64,000 nt of DNA from a virus. The position numbers were made by a program, and so were the translations under genes. The stretch lies in the IMG/VR virus record IMGVR_UViG_3300021389_000005, positions 62,362-126,361 of that record, one strand, 5' to 3'. Below, piece after piece: positions 27,664-38,186 of this stretch. The notes under the pieces are model-generated. The model had not been told where the DNA came from. It saw nothing but the letters and a program-made list of their open reading frames with translations, and did not search any database. Numbering within the stretch: position 1 is the first letter of the stretch; each line of letters starts with the position of its first letter.

Positions 27664-29085
27664 ATGGCAAATTTAATTAATGAATCTGAAATCAGAGGTA
27701 CTTGGGCTCCTATTATTGAGGAAGCAACAGGGATCAATGAATCAGAAAAGCTAGCTTGGATGTCGACTTACTGTCACAATCACAAGCTTTATGAAGACGC
27801 TCAAATGATGGCGTTAAACCCAAATAGCCCAGGATCTATGAATATAGGTGGTATGGGTAGTGTATCTTTTCCTTCACAAGTTGGAAACGGTGCCGATGTA
27901 GGAACTAACGGTTCTGGTGACAAGTCTCCAACGTTATTACCTTTAGCAATGCAAGTTGCTGCACAAACTATCGCACTAGACTTAGTACCAGTTGTACCAA
28001 TGGCTGGACCAATGGGTCTTTTATCTTACCTAGACTTCGTATACGAAGGAGGTAGATTAGATGGTGGTGTTGCTCCAACTTACATTAAGTCAGAAAGTAC
28101 TGACGGTGCAGCTGAAGCAGACGGTTACAAATTCACTAAATTAGACAAAGCATCAAGAATTGATGGTTTTGCTATCTATGAAGTTGAAGAGACAGGTGTA
28201 CACGCTGGTACTTTACTAGCTGCATTCGAAGCAGGTACTGCTGCAGATAAAGGTATCGAATTAGTAAAAGCGTTAGAAGATCACATTCCAGGATTCTCAG
28301 GTGCAACAGGTGATACTGTTAAGCCAATGTCAAGAGAAGTTGGTGAAAGAACTCCGGACAAATTAATGGGTCTATCTTTATTCTCTAAAAGTGTTGCTGC
28401 TGAAACTTTCCAAGTTGCTGCTGCAGTTACTAGAGAGCAAGTACAAGATCTTAAACAATTCGGTGTTGACGCTGTTGCTCAAGTAGAAGCAGTTTTAACT
28501 AACGAATTGACTCAGTCTATTAACCAACACATCTTAGCAGAAATGAGAAGATTAGGTGGTGTATCTCCAGCTTCTGCTGAAATGACTGCTGTAACATTGG
28601 ATTATGATATGGTTGGTGGAAACACTTTCGGTGATCATAACAGAAGAATCTTAACATACATCTTAGCTCACGCTAACTTTATTGCTAATAAAGGTAGAAG
28701 AGGTGCTGGTAACTTCGCAGTTGTTTCTGCAAAGGTTGCTTCAGTATTACAAGGTGTTGCAGGTTTCGTACCTAACCCAATGGCTAATACAATTAACCAA
28801 GTTGCAGGTGCAATCTATCCATTAGGTTCAGTTGCAGGTATCAACATTTACACTGATCCAACGCAAGCGTTTGAATCAGGTGAAATTTTAGTTGGTAGAA
28901 AAGGTGACGGTAATTCTCCTGGACTAGTATTCATGCCATATTTAATGGCTGAATCAGTTCAAACTATCGCAGAAGGTACTATGGCTCCGAAAGTAGCTGT
29001 AAAATCTAGATATGCTTTAGTTGAGGCTGGATTCCATCCTGAAACTCAATATTCTTCATTCGAAGTGACTGGTGTACAACTATAA
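27664..29085 (+). CDS. gp23: major capsid protein
   Basis: DLVPVVPMAGPMG, RRGAGNFAVVS, GLVFMPY and KVAVKSRYAL. Confidence 0.95.
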   Translation: MANLINESEIRGTWAPIIEEATGINESEKLAWMSTYCHNHKLYEDAQMMALNPNSPGSMNIGGMGSVSFPSQVGNGADVGTNGSGDKSPTLLPLAMQVAAQTIALDLVPVVPMAGPMGLLSYLDFVYEGGRLDGGVAPTYIKSESTDGAAEADGYKFTKLDKASRIDGFAIYEVEETGVHAGTLLAAFEAGTAADKGIELVKALEDHIPGFSGATGDTVKPMSREVGERTPDKLMGLSLFSKSVAAETFQVAAAVTREQVQDLKQFGVDAVAQVEAVLTNELTQSINQHILAEMRRLGGVSPASAEMTAVTLDYDMVGGNTFGDHNRRILTYILAHANFIANKGRRGAGNFAVVSAKVASVLQGVAGFVPNPMANTINQVAGAIYPLGSVAGINIYTDPTQAFESGEILVGRKGDGNSPGLVFMPYLMAESVQTIAEGTMAPKVAVKSRYALVEAGFHPETQYSSFEVTGVQL

Positions 29086-29110
29086 TCTTTGAATAGCAAT
29101 ATTTAATATT

Positions 29111-29141
29111 AAAAGGCCCTCTTTTTGAGGGTCTTTTTTTT
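29111..29141 (+). terminator. rho-independent terminator after the capsid gene
   Basis: AAAAGGCCCTC/GAGGGTCTTTT stem followed by a T run. Confidence 0.85.
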
Positions 29142-29206
29142 GCTTTAAACTTTAGGCTTATTTAAGAAGATATATAAACCATAGACATTTTAAAAAATAC
29201 ACATAA

Positions 29207-31336
29207 ATGATGAAACTTAATAAAAAAATCATGCTGCTTGAAGATTTCGCAGGAACTGCAATGGACTCTTCAAATAATACAGCGCCAGCTTCTAAAACCG
29301 TAACAGGTTCAGTTGCCGTTGATAAGACTAATGTTAAATCAGACGATGCTGTTAAAAAAGCAGAAGGTGAAAAAGTAAGAGCCGACGTTATTAAAGACGT
29401 AGATGCAATCCTAAATAATTTATCTAAATTATCAAACCAGATCAAAGAACATTATATGATCAATGAAGAGGTTTCTGTGGAAAGCGTTTTAACTTCTCTT
29501 AAATCTTCTTATGCTATCGCTAAATGTGAAACTAAACTAGGAAAGTATAAAAAGATTGCATTGATGGCAAATAGCAATCAACAAGCTGCAGACAATATGC
29601 AGGCTGAATTTAAAACAATGACTAAGTTTGATAAGAAAATAGAAGCAGCAGAAGGTGAAAAAAAGGTAAAACTTAAAGAAGCTAGAGCCAATGCTAAAAC
29701 AGAATTAGACCATTCTAAAGATGTTAACGCTGAAAAATTAAAAAATGCTCTTAGCGAATTCGAAACTGAATTAGGAGAATCTGAAGCAAACATAGCTAAA
29801 GACAGTCCTTTGGGAAAGGTATATTTTAAAAGAAAACAAGTTTTAAAGAATATGGTCGCAGAAGAAGGTTTAGAGAATAAGGCGAAGGTACTTAAAGCTA
29901 TGGGTAAAAAAGATGCTGCACTAGCTGCCGCAGGAGAATTAAAACAAGTTCAACAAAAAGGAAAAGATTTAGCTAAAGCAATTGCAGATGGTGAAAAAGA
30001 AGCATCTGACGATCTTAAAGATTTAGAAGGTGTTAAAGCATTCCTTCCTGAAATTGAAGCTATTCAAAAAACTTCGGTTGCTATAAAGAAAATTGGAGAT
30101 CAAGCAGACGCACATATAAATAAATTAAAACCTAAGAAGGAGGAAGAAAAGGAAGAAACACCAGAAGAAAAAACAGCTAGAGAAGAAAAAGAAGCAGCGG
30201 CTAAAACAGATGATGTTAAAACAGATGATGGTAAAACAGACGATGGTAAAACAGGTGAAACAGATGATGCAGCGGCTAAAGAAGCTGCTGAAGCAGAGGT
30301 TACTAAAGCTAAAGCTGATTATGATAATGTAAAAGACGGCGAAGATGAAAAGGCCAAATTACAAGCAGAGATTAAATTTAAACAAGCACAGCAGAAAAAA
30401 GCTAAGCTAGAAGGCGACGATGAATTATATCAAGGTTTAGGAGATGACATCGGAGAGATAATGAAAAAGATAGAAGACGCTGGTAAAGTAAAAGAAGAAT
30501 CATTAGACATAGACAATGTTGTAGAAAATGCTAAAGTAGAAGATCTTTATTCTGCGGCAAAAGGTGCTAATGATGAAGGAGCTTTAAACAAAGCTAAAGA
30601 ATTAGCATCATCTTTAAAGGCAGCTGCAGCTGAAGAACTTGCTGCAAAAACTGAATTAGCAAACAAAATTTCAGGAAAAGAAGTTCCTAAAACTATTATA
30701 ATTCTAGCAGGTGGAGATGATGAGTCTGCAAAAGAAGGTGAGGATGGCTACACATTAGGTAATTTTATTGACAAATATGGAGGTGGATCTTCCATAGTCG
30801 GTAAAGAAGATTATTCACCCATTAAAATAGCAGATGAAATTTTAGCTAGCGTAGATGACGCAATTGCAAGTGCTACCGGTAAATCAGAAGACGACACTAC
30901 CACCGATGATGACACTAAAGGTGACAATAAGAAAAATCTAGGTGCTGATGGTGAAAAACTAGGCGATGAAGATAACGATGATAAAAGAAAAGCGTTTGAT
31001 GATCAAATAGAAGCGCTTACTGCAAAAATTAAAAGTGCAGAAGATAAATTAGCAACTGGAAAAGATGGAGATAAAGAAATTCCAGAAAAAGCTAAAGAAG
31101 GTATTAAAAAGAATATTGAATCATTAAAGGCTAAAATAGAAGATTTTAAAACTAAAAAATCTGAAGTAGGAGAAGCATATGATACTGTAATGTTAGATAT
31201 GAAATCTCTTGAAGAAGAGATCGATACTTTGATAGATGAAATGTTTACAGTTGTAAATGAATCAGAAGAACTACCTAAGAAAGTTAAGCTTTATGTGGGT
31301 ATGTCAATTGCTGATAGATTTAAAGCATTAATGTAA
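29207..31336 (+). CDS. large K/E/A-rich helical late protein, probable internal head protein
   Basis: Late promoter at 29169, N-terminus KKIMLLEDF, KTDDG repeats, several I/L/V-x-E sites. Confidence 0.55.
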   Translation: MMKLNKKIMLLEDFAGTAMDSSNNTAPASKTVTGSVAVDKTNVKSDDAVKKAEGEKVRADVIKDVDAILNNLSKLSNQIKEHYMINEEVSVESVLTSLKSSYAIAKCETKLGKYKKIALMANSNQQAADNMQAEFKTMTKFDKKIEAAEGEKKVKLKEARANAKTELDHSKDVNAEKLKNALSEFETELGESEANIAKDSPLGKVYFKRKQVLKNMVAEEGLENKAKVLKAMGKKDAALAAAGELKQVQQKGKDLAKAIADGEKEASDDLKDLEGVKAFLPEIEAIQKTSVAIKKIGDQADAHINKLKPKKEEEKEETPEEKTAREEKEAAAKTDDVKTDDGKTDDGKTGETDDAAAKEAAEAEVTKAKADYDNVKDGEDEKAKLQAEIKFKQAQQKKAKLEGDDELYQGLGDDIGEIMKKIEDAGKVKEESLDIDNVVENAKVEDLYSAAKGANDEGALNKAKELASSLKAAAAEELAAKTELANKISGKEVPKTIIILAGGDDESAKEGEDGYTLGNFIDKYGGGSSIVGKEDYSPIKIADEILASVDDAIASATGKSEDDTTTDDDTKGDNKKNLGADGEKLGDEDNDDKRKAFDDQIEALTAKIKSAEDKLATGKDGDKEIPEKAKEGIKKNIESLKAKIEDFKTKKSEVGEAYDTVMLDMKSLEEEIDTLIDEMFTVVNESEELPKKVKLYVGMSIADRFKALM

Positions 31337-31338
31337 GA

Positions 31339-31839
31339 TTAAAGAGAGCGCTTAGCGTTCTTTTTAGCCAACTTAAGAAACTCCTCTCGTTCTGCGAGCA
31401 GGAGTTTTTTACATTCTTTACGAAACTCAATTGAAGATTTAAGTATACGACTATCAACCATCGGCGCATCGAGTGCTTCGTAATATTCTGGATGAACAAA
31501 GTTTTCTAAATCAAAGTTCATAAATTTAGACTTAATTGGTTTTAGACTTATCGCACAGATCCAGTCCACTGTATTATAAGATCGATGCAATGTCTCAATA
31601 TCGACGACCTCGTTGGTGCTATGATCCCAATATAATTTTAAACTACTAGCAGATCTATTGGTAGTTTTTTCCATTCTTAAAATACATCCTATAAATTGAT
31701 CATCTTTAGACCATTTCTTAATGTGTCTATGTTCTATTAAGAATTTGCGATGATGTTTCTTAAGACAACCCAATATAATCCCATATCTGTTTCTAGGGTT
31801 TGGTCCATTGGTTCTTACTATTTTAGGTGGTGTTGCCAT
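31339..31839 (-). CDS. basic hypothetical protein (the only credible minus-strand gene)
   Basis: Fills a gap with no + strand ORF. GATAAATA lies on the minus strand at 31846-31853. Confidence 0.7.
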   Translation of the reverse strand: MATPPKIVRTNGPNPRNRYGIILGCLKKHHRKFLIEHRHIKKWSKDDQFIGCILRMEKTTNRSASSLKLYWDHSTNEVVDIETLHRSYNTVDWICAISLKPIKSKFMNFDLENFVHPEYYEALDAPMVDSRILKSSIEFRKECKKLLLAEREEFLKLAKKNAKRSL

Positions 31840-31856
31840 ATATTATATTTATCTTT

Positions 31857-31884
31857 GAAACTTTAACGCGGTTAAGGTGTATAA
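31857..31884 (+). promoter_or_regulatory. putative middle promoter GAAAC-N18-TATAA
   Basis: Motif upstream of the clamp loader; spacer is 1 nt longer than in the other copies. Confidence 0.5.
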
Positions 31885-31902
31885 TTACCAAAACATACAT
31901 AT

Positions 31903-32859
31903 ATGCAATCAATAAATCAACTCTTTACAGAGAAGTATCGTCCAAAAAACTTAGATGATTTGATCTTACCAGATCGAGTAATGGCAAAATTCAAAGATGG
32001 ATTAGTCCAAAACATGTTATTGTCAGGTTCTCCTGGAACTGGTAAAACTTCATGTGCAAAGGCAATTGTAAATCAATTTGAATTACCGTACCTTTATATA
32101 AATGCATCTACAGATACTTCAGTTGATGTTATTCGTACCAGAATTACAGATTTTTGTTCAACTGTTTCTATTATGGATAAGCCTGGAATGTTTAAGGTAG
32201 TAATACTTGATGAGGTTGATGGTGTATCAGATCAATTCTTTAAAGCATTACGTGCTACAATGGAAACATTTGCATCTAATTCTAGATTTATTGCAACGTG
32301 TAATTACATTAATAAATTACCAGATCCTATTTTATCTAGGTTTGAAGTTATTAACTTTGACTTTGATAAAGAAGAAGAATCTGAATTAACTAAGAAATAT
32401 ATTAAAAGAGTTTATCAGATATGTGGAAATGAAGATATGACAATTGAAAAGCCAGCATTGGTAGAATTTGTCAGACGTAATTTTCCAGATTTAAGAACTA
32501 CACTTAATAAATTACAAGGATATAAAACTCAAGGTACTTCTAATATTACAGTAGAAGATGTTAAGAAGTTTAATTCTGTTTATAAAGATGTATTCGAGCT
32601 TATATTTAATGAGACTGATCCTGCTAAAAATTACCAGTTACTTGTTAGTAATTATGGAAATAAAGTAGATGATGTTTTACAAACATTAGGCGAAGAATTT
32701 GTTGAATATATACAACAAGAGAAATTACAACATGTTAAACACATTCCTCAAATTATCATTACCGTTGCTAAACATCAAGCACAAAGAGTACATGTTATTG
32801 ATCCAGTGATTACAATGTTAAGTTGTGTATATGAAATACAATCTATTGTTAACTCTTAA
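31903..32859 (+). CDS. gp44: clamp loader large subunit (AAA+)
   Basis: EKYRP, GSPGTGKT, INAS, ILDEVD, ILSRF and FPDLR. Confidence 0.92.
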   Translation: MQSINQLFTEKYRPKNLDDLILPDRVMAKFKDGLVQNMLLSGSPGTGKTSCAKAIVNQFELPYLYINASTDTSVDVIRTRITDFCSTVSIMDKPGMFKVVILDEVDGVSDQFFKALRATMETFASNSRFIATCNYINKLPDPILSRFEVINFDFDKEEESELTKKYIKRVYQICGNEDMTIEKPALVEFVRRNFPDLRTTLNKLQGYKTQGTSNITVEDVKKFNSVYKDVFELIFNETDPAKNYQLLVSNYGNKVDDVLQTLGEEFVEYIQQEKLQHVKHIPQIIITVAKHQAQRVHVIDPVITMLSCVYEIQSIVNS

Positions 32860-32883
32860 AAATAAGTTAGTATAAATTTTTTA

Positions 32884-32908
32884 TTGTCATTTATTTTTAG
32901 TATATTGG
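32884..32908 (+). promoter_or_regulatory. putative early promoter (TTGTC...TAGTATATTGG)
   Basis: Variant of the motif at 50695, 53081, 53403, 60266 and 60568. Confidence 0.5.
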
Positions 32909-32931
32909 CAGTAGATAAAAGAAATAAAGAT

Positions 32932-34203
32932 ATGAAAGTGGGAAAACACACATTATTGATTGACGGTAACTATTTTGTATTTAGTAGATTATTTGTCCTA
33001 CCTAAACCAAAGAATGGCGAATTGCTATTAGGTGATGATAAGCAAAAATCTCAATTTATGCGAAAATTGGCCATTGACTTTGCATCAGAGATGCGTAAGT
33101 TAAAAATGTTCGTAGATGACGTTGTATTAACGGTTGATTCTAAATCGTGGCGTAAGGATCTATATCCTGAGGCAGATTACAAAGGCACTAGAAAACAAAG
33201 TTCATCTGTAGATTGGACTGCAGTTTACAGTGTATATGAAGAATTCCAAAAAATTGTTGCCAAAAAAGGTGTTACTGTACATCAAATACAAGGCGCAGAA
33301 GCAGATGATGTTATCTTCGGATGGTCTACGATGCTTAATGCACGTGGTAAATCATGTATTGTGTGGTCTGGTGATAAAGATCTTATTCAGTTAGTTAACT
33401 ACTCTAACACTAATGACGCACATACATTATGGTACTACAATACTAGAAAACAGTTGTATGCATACAAAGGATTCGAACAAGATATGGCAACCTCAGCCGC
33501 TGCAGATTTATCTACCGATGATATGTTATTTAACATGGGCGGACAAACAATGCTTAGAGACAATTATCAAGGAGATATTGTCGGTTGGATTAATGCTAAT
33601 AAAATTTCTATAGAAGAGATTGACTGTGACGAGTTTATTCTTAAGAAGATTTTAACTGGAGATAAGTCAGATAATATTCCAGCATGTGTTACGTGGCAGA
33701 AAGAAATGAAAACAGGTAAGATGCGTAATTATTCATTAACTATGAAACACGCAGATACTATATATGAGCAGTTTCTTAAAGAATACGATAACTTTATCAT
33801 AGATCACCTGTTCTCTTCTGAATACAAAGATAAGTTATCTGATATAATTTATCGTGTAGTAGGACATAGCTCACCCACACTCATCAAAGTAGCTCTGTCA
33901 ACTAACATTGCTTTAATGCTTTTGCATAATAAAACTATTCCAGATGCAATTCAACGTGCTATTTACGATTCTATCGAAAAGGATTGGGAAGGTGCTATAG
34001 ATAATAAAGATTCTATCATGGAAATGGATAAAATATTAGAAGGTACACATTGGTTAGATAAGTCAGGTGGATTTGGGCCAGATGCGTTTGCAGGTATAGA
34101 TATACCTAAAGAAAATACACCTACAAAGAAAAAGCCTATGAAATTAGTAGGTAAAAAAACTAAAAAGACAATATCAAAGGATCCAACCAAAAAGTTATTC
34201 TAA
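32932..34203 (+). CDS. rnh: 5'-3' exonuclease / T4 RNase H-like flap nuclease
   Basis: LLIDGN, SWRK..YP..YKGTR, EADD, SGDKDLIQL and GDKSDNIP. The ATG at 32932 is preferred over the TTG. Confidence 0.9.
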   Translation: MKVGKHTLLIDGNYFVFSRLFVLPKPKNGELLLGDDKQKSQFMRKLAIDFASEMRKLKMFVDDVVLTVDSKSWRKDLYPEADYKGTRKQSSSVDWTAVYSVYEEFQKIVAKKGVTVHQIQGAEADDVIFGWSTMLNARGKSCIVWSGDKDLIQLVNYSNTNDAHTLWYYNTRKQLYAYKGFEQDMATSAAADLSTDDMLFNMGGQTMLRDNYQGDIVGWINANKISIEEIDCDEFILKKILTGDKSDNIPACVTWQKEMKTGKMRNYSLTMKHADTIYEQFLKEYDNFIIDHLFSSEYKDKLSDIIYRVVGHSSPTLIKVALSTNIALMLLHNKTIPDAIQRAIYDSIEKDWEGAIDNKDSIMEMDKILEGTHWLDKSGGFGPDAFAGIDIPKENTPTKKKPMKLVGKKTKKTISKDPTKKLF

Positions 34204-34204
34204 T

Positions 34205-34366
34205 ATGACGCTGACGGATTATATTCAAATAGAAGAAATATTAGCAGAAGCCAATGCACATGGCATGAAGCTAGAGGTTATGGACTTGGCTAATAAAATA
34301 GAGGCGTTACATGATATGTCAAAAGTAGATGCACATCAACATGCATTTAACACTCTTATAGGGTAA
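34205..34366 (+). CDS. small hypothetical protein (53 aa)
   Basis: Read manually (MTLTDYIQIEEILAEANAHG...). Confidence 0.6.
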   Translation: MTLTDYIQIEEILAEANAHGMKLEVMDLANKIEALHDMSKVDAHQHAFNTLIG

Positions 34367-34395
34367 ACTTTCTTACCTAACAACATATAACAAAT

Positions 34396-34827
34396 ATGCT
34401 AGACGAAACTAAATTATTCGACTTCGTGAAAATAATGTTTACGAAGAAGAATCAATACGAAAAAATAAAGAATCACAACAAGAAGCGCCATCATTTTATG
34501 ATCAATAGATTTATGGCCATTAAATATCCAGCTAACGCTCAGATGTTTAATATTAATGGTATTAGCGGCGCAAGTGTTGTAGAATCATGGGCAATGGTAG
34601 CTCAACGATTTAAATCAGTACCTGGGTGGTTTTACACCAAAACAAAGAAATCTGCTGCAAAAAATAAAGCAGATAAATATATTCCAACAGAGCAAGCTGT
34701 TCAAATCTATCTCACTAAGAATGAAATAGGTATGCGAGAGTTTAATGATCTTAAATTATTCGCAAAAGAAGATCTTTATTCTGATTTGAAAAAAATAGAA
34801 ACCCAGGTCGATGTCTACAGGAAATAG
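34396..34827 (+). CDS. probable clamp loader small subunit (gp62-like)
   Basis: LFDFVKIMFTKK, FMINRFMA and ANAQMFN resemble gp62. TAAAC-N17-TATAA lies at 34364-34390. Confidence 0.55.
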   Translation: MLDETKLFDFVKIMFTKKNQYEKIKNHNKKRHHFMINRFMAIKYPANAQMFNINGISGASVVESWAMVAQRFKSVPGWFYTKTKKSAAKNKADKYIPTEQAVQIYLTKNEIGMREFNDLKLFAKEDLYSDLKKIETQVDVYRK

Positions 34828-35461
34828 AGATACATTTTCAGAAGTTATAGATATTACTTTACATAAGTATAATTCTATTGATTTAAGGTTGTGGGGAATA
34901 ATTACTAGATTTTCTACCACAAAAACCCTAAATGAATCAGAAGTACTTATTGATGTTAATGATCTTAAGAGAATCGTGTATTCTTCTTTTAAATCTGAAA
35001 TTTCAAGATTTAAAGCTATCAGTGATGTTGCGATACATAAAGAAGCCACATCAATATACTTTATAAATCAAATTTTTGACACCATGAGCAATTTAAGATG
35101 GGTCAAATTTACTCTTAATAAAAACGCGAGCTATAGTAGAATTATTAATGTAGATCAAATTAAAACTATCAAATATAGTACTAAGACACTGAGAGGTAGC
35201 ATCAGATTATTTGATATATTTAATGAACATGAAACTGAAGTAGCTAGTATGCTTTTAAGAAGGGCTAAACTAATGGGAGAAGAAGAACACTTTACTGTTA
35301 TTAGAATTAGAAAGTTTTTATCAGTACTAGATATATTCTTATCTGAAAATAATACAACTGAGGTTTTTAATATAATTAATGCAATTATTCAAAGGGTAGA
35401 GGTATATGAATCTGATAATCCAGAGATGCTTTTAATCACTGATAAAAAATCAGATATATAA
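34811..35461 (+). CDS. hypothetical protein
   Basis: ORF track. Confidence 0.6.
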   Translation: MSTGNRDTFSEVIDITLHKYNSIDLRLWGIITRFSTTKTLNESEVLIDVNDLKRIVYSSFKSEISRFKAISDVAIHKEATSIYFINQIFDTMSNLRWVKFTLNKNASYSRIINVDQIKTIKYSTKTLRGSIRLFDIFNEHETEVASMLLRRAKLMGEEEHFTVIRIRKFLSVLDIFLSENNTTEVFNIINAIIQRVEVYESDNPEMLLITDKKSDI

Positions 35462-35491
35462 ATAAAAATAAGTCGTAGACTCTAACCGTTA

Positions 35492-37453
35492 ATGGTAACT
35501 AATTTTACAGCAAATCAAATAGGTGATTATATGTTCGCCAAGCTCGTAGATCCTTACGAGAGTATTACAAATGTCACTGGATGGAACGTAACCGCTGGTG
35601 TTACAACTCCAAATACAACTGGGTTACTTGCTATGAATTTAGGTGAAAATACTATTACAGGTATTAATACAAACTTAGATTTAGTAGTTGGAGAAAAGAT
35701 TCTTATTTCTAATTACACAGTAACCGTTGATGCATTACTTAGCCCAACACAATTTACTATATTAGAAGGAGCACCTATATCATCAACAGGTATTAGATTT
35801 TATAAAAAACCAGATGCTAATAATCACTTTGACTATTCATATAGATGGTCTCAGAATGGATCTAGCACAGATGGTGGCCAAATGTCCCCAGCTAGACCAC
35901 TTAACATGGCAACTGGACCTAATGATCTACTAGGTCAAACTTTTGATGCTTCTAAACCTCTTTGGTTAGATGTTAAAGCCGAGGTTAATAGATTAGGAGA
36001 TTACAATACAATAACCCTATTAAGTGTTACTTTTGAATTACTTTCTGAAAATGGAGTAATTGAAAGTTGTCCACAATTTTGTGGAGATTGTACTGATCCT
36101 TGGTCTATGAGCGGATGTGCTAACATAGTTATAGATTGTGAAGGCGATCTATATGATCCTTATAATTTACAGAGACCTGTAGATACTTATAGAGATTTAA
36201 GTGAATTGTCTTCAGAGATGTGGGGACACCCTGTAAAATATTTTAGAGTAGAACCAGATAAAAGATCAAGTGATGTTGTATTAATGGAATATTCATTATA
36301 TAATGTAACAGATTCTTCGGATTTAAAGATAATGGTACCTGATAATGCAATGCCAACACAAGAATTTCAATATGATATTTTTGGAATGGGATTTGAAGAT
36401 TTTGAAGTACACCTTACACAAGGTCAATTTAAAACAGCATTTGGTTTAGGTCCTAGTCCAAGATCTAGAGATTACTTATATTTCCCTTTAATGAATAGAA
36501 TGTACGAAGTACGATCAGTTTCATTTGCAGATGAATTCAATATGGATATGACATATTGGAGATTAATGTTAACTAAATACGAAGAAAGAACAAGTAACAT
36601 ACATACCGATACTGCAATTGAACAGCAAGTTGATGATCTAGTTACAGGAATTGAAGAAGTATTTGGAGAAGAAATACAAGCAGAGCAAGATAAAGTAACA
36701 AAACCTCAGCAATATAAAACAATATTTAGCGAAGTTAACGACGGTACTAGATATAAGATTCACAATGATTTAAAAATCAAAGACACTGAAATTAGAAATC
36801 AATGGACTATGGTTTCTAAAAACTGTTATGATATGTCAAGCATTAAAGATATTGGCGTTGAAGCATTACAGTATGTGAGAAAATCTGAATTATCTTCAAC
36901 TAAGAATATGGCAATGACCCTTTGGTTTAGACCTACTGCAAACGCATTTAGTCCAAATAAACCTAAACTAAATTTAGTTAAAGGTAGAACGGGCTCTAAA
37001 GGTTTAAATATTGAAACTAGCAAATCTGCAATTACATTAAATATAAATGACGATACACATACGTTTAACTATGCATCGGATTTAGAAATCGGAACATGGT
37101 ACGGTGTAGTGATTAATCTAAGCAATACATATAGCACACTAAGTGCAGACGTTTATAGATTAGATCCAATGAGTAATTACCAGAACGGTCAAACAGTGCA
37201 ACAAACTTTAGCGTCTGTATTATCTGAGAAAGTAAATAACATTACACCATATGGTTGGACAACTACAGATAAATGGGCATTAATGCCAGGTAAACATGAA
37301 ATAACAAATATTAGATTGTTTAATAAAGTTATTGGAGATGAGCAACATATTAATCTTTTACAACAGTATGTGGTTAGAGATAATCAATATGCACATATCA
37401 TCGATAACGCAATACCTTCTATCCAACTAAGACGCTACAATCAAGCTAGATAA
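35492..37453 (+). CDS. gp14: neck protein (gp14-like core) with extra N-terminal and LamG-like C-terminal domains
   Basis: Central WGHPVKYFR, FGMGF and PRSRDYLYFPLMNRMYEV. C-terminal MTLWFRP...WYGVVI...ITNIRLFNK. Confidence 0.65.
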   Translation: MVTNFTANQIGDYMFAKLVDPYESITNVTGWNVTAGVTTPNTTGLLAMNLGENTITGINTNLDLVVGEKILISNYTVTVDALLSPTQFTILEGAPISSTGIRFYKKPDANNHFDYSYRWSQNGSSTDGGQMSPARPLNMATGPNDLLGQTFDASKPLWLDVKAEVNRLGDYNTITLLSVTFELLSENGVIESCPQFCGDCTDPWSMSGCANIVIDCEGDLYDPYNLQRPVDTYRDLSELSSEMWGHPVKYFRVEPDKRSSDVVLMEYSLYNVTDSSDLKIMVPDNAMPTQEFQYDIFGMGFEDFEVHLTQGQFKTAFGLGPSPRSRDYLYFPLMNRMYEVRSVSFADEFNMDMTYWRLMLTKYEERTSNIHTDTAIEQQVDDLVTGIEEVFGEEIQAEQDKVTKPQQYKTIFSEVNDGTRYKIHNDLKIKDTEIRNQWTMVSKNCYDMSSIKDIGVEALQYVRKSELSSTKNMAMTLWFRPTANAFSPNKPKLNLVKGRTGSKGLNIETSKSAITLNINDDTHTFNYASDLEIGTWYGVVINLSNTYSTLSADVYRLDPMSNYQNGQTVQQTLASVLSEKVNNITPYGWTTTDKWALMPGKHEITNIRLFNKVIGDEQHINLLQQYVVRDNQYAHIIDNAIPSIQLRRYNQAR

Positions 37454-37513
37454 TCTATTGTCGCATTAATTTGTAACACGATTTCCTAGATATATAGATT
37501 ATAATATAATAAT

Positions 37514-38179
37514 ATGAGTGAAGATAAAAAGAAGAGTATTTCAGATCAAGCTGACGAAATCAGAAAAGAACTAGATGCTTTAATAGGTGAAAATCAAATG
37601 GATGTAGAGACAGATCCAACCGATTTACCAATGATACAGAGAGAAACTAGCTTGGCTCCTGTAAATTATACAGAATTAAAATCCTCATCTGCAAAAAAAG
37701 CTAAGAAGACTATAGAAAGTCTTATGAAGTTTTATCTAGATGCAGATATTATAGAAAAAGATGATTACATCAAAGCTAAGAAAGCTATGGATGAAATGAC
37801 AATGTCATCTTTAATATATCAATTACAAGCGGGTGAAAGAGCACTTACTACTCTATTAGAAACAATAGAAGGTGGAGAATTAGCTCCTAGAATGTTTGAA
37901 GTTTTAGCTACTTTACAAAAATCAATGTTAGATATTATTAAGTCACAGACAATGTATTTAATGGCAGCAGAAGAATCTACAAAAAGAATAGCTAGAGATA
38001 TTGAGATATACAGAAAAAGAGATGATGTTACAGAAATTGAATCTTCTGGTGGTGATGTATCAGATAGAAATGTACAAAGAGGTACTAAAGATTTAATGGC
38101 GGCAATTCAAGCAGGTATAAATAATCAAGATAATCAAGAAGATATAGAAGACGTCGATATAGAAGAATCTTCAGAATAA
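37514..38179 (+). CDS. gp16: terminase small subunit
   Basis: APRMFEVLATLQKSM and RGTKDLM; immediately upstream of the large terminase. Confidence 0.7.
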   Translation: MSEDKKKSISDQADEIRKELDALIGENQMDVETDPTDLPMIQRETSLAPVNYTELKSSSAKKAKKTIESLMKFYLDADIIEKDDYIKAKKAMDEMTMSSLIYQLQAGERALTTLLETIEGGELAPRMFEVLATLQKSMLDIIKSQTMYLMAAEESTKRIARDIEIYRKRDDVTEIESSGGDVSDRNVQRGTKDLMAAIQAGINNQDNQEDIEDVDIEESSE

Positions 38180-38186
38180 CTAATAT

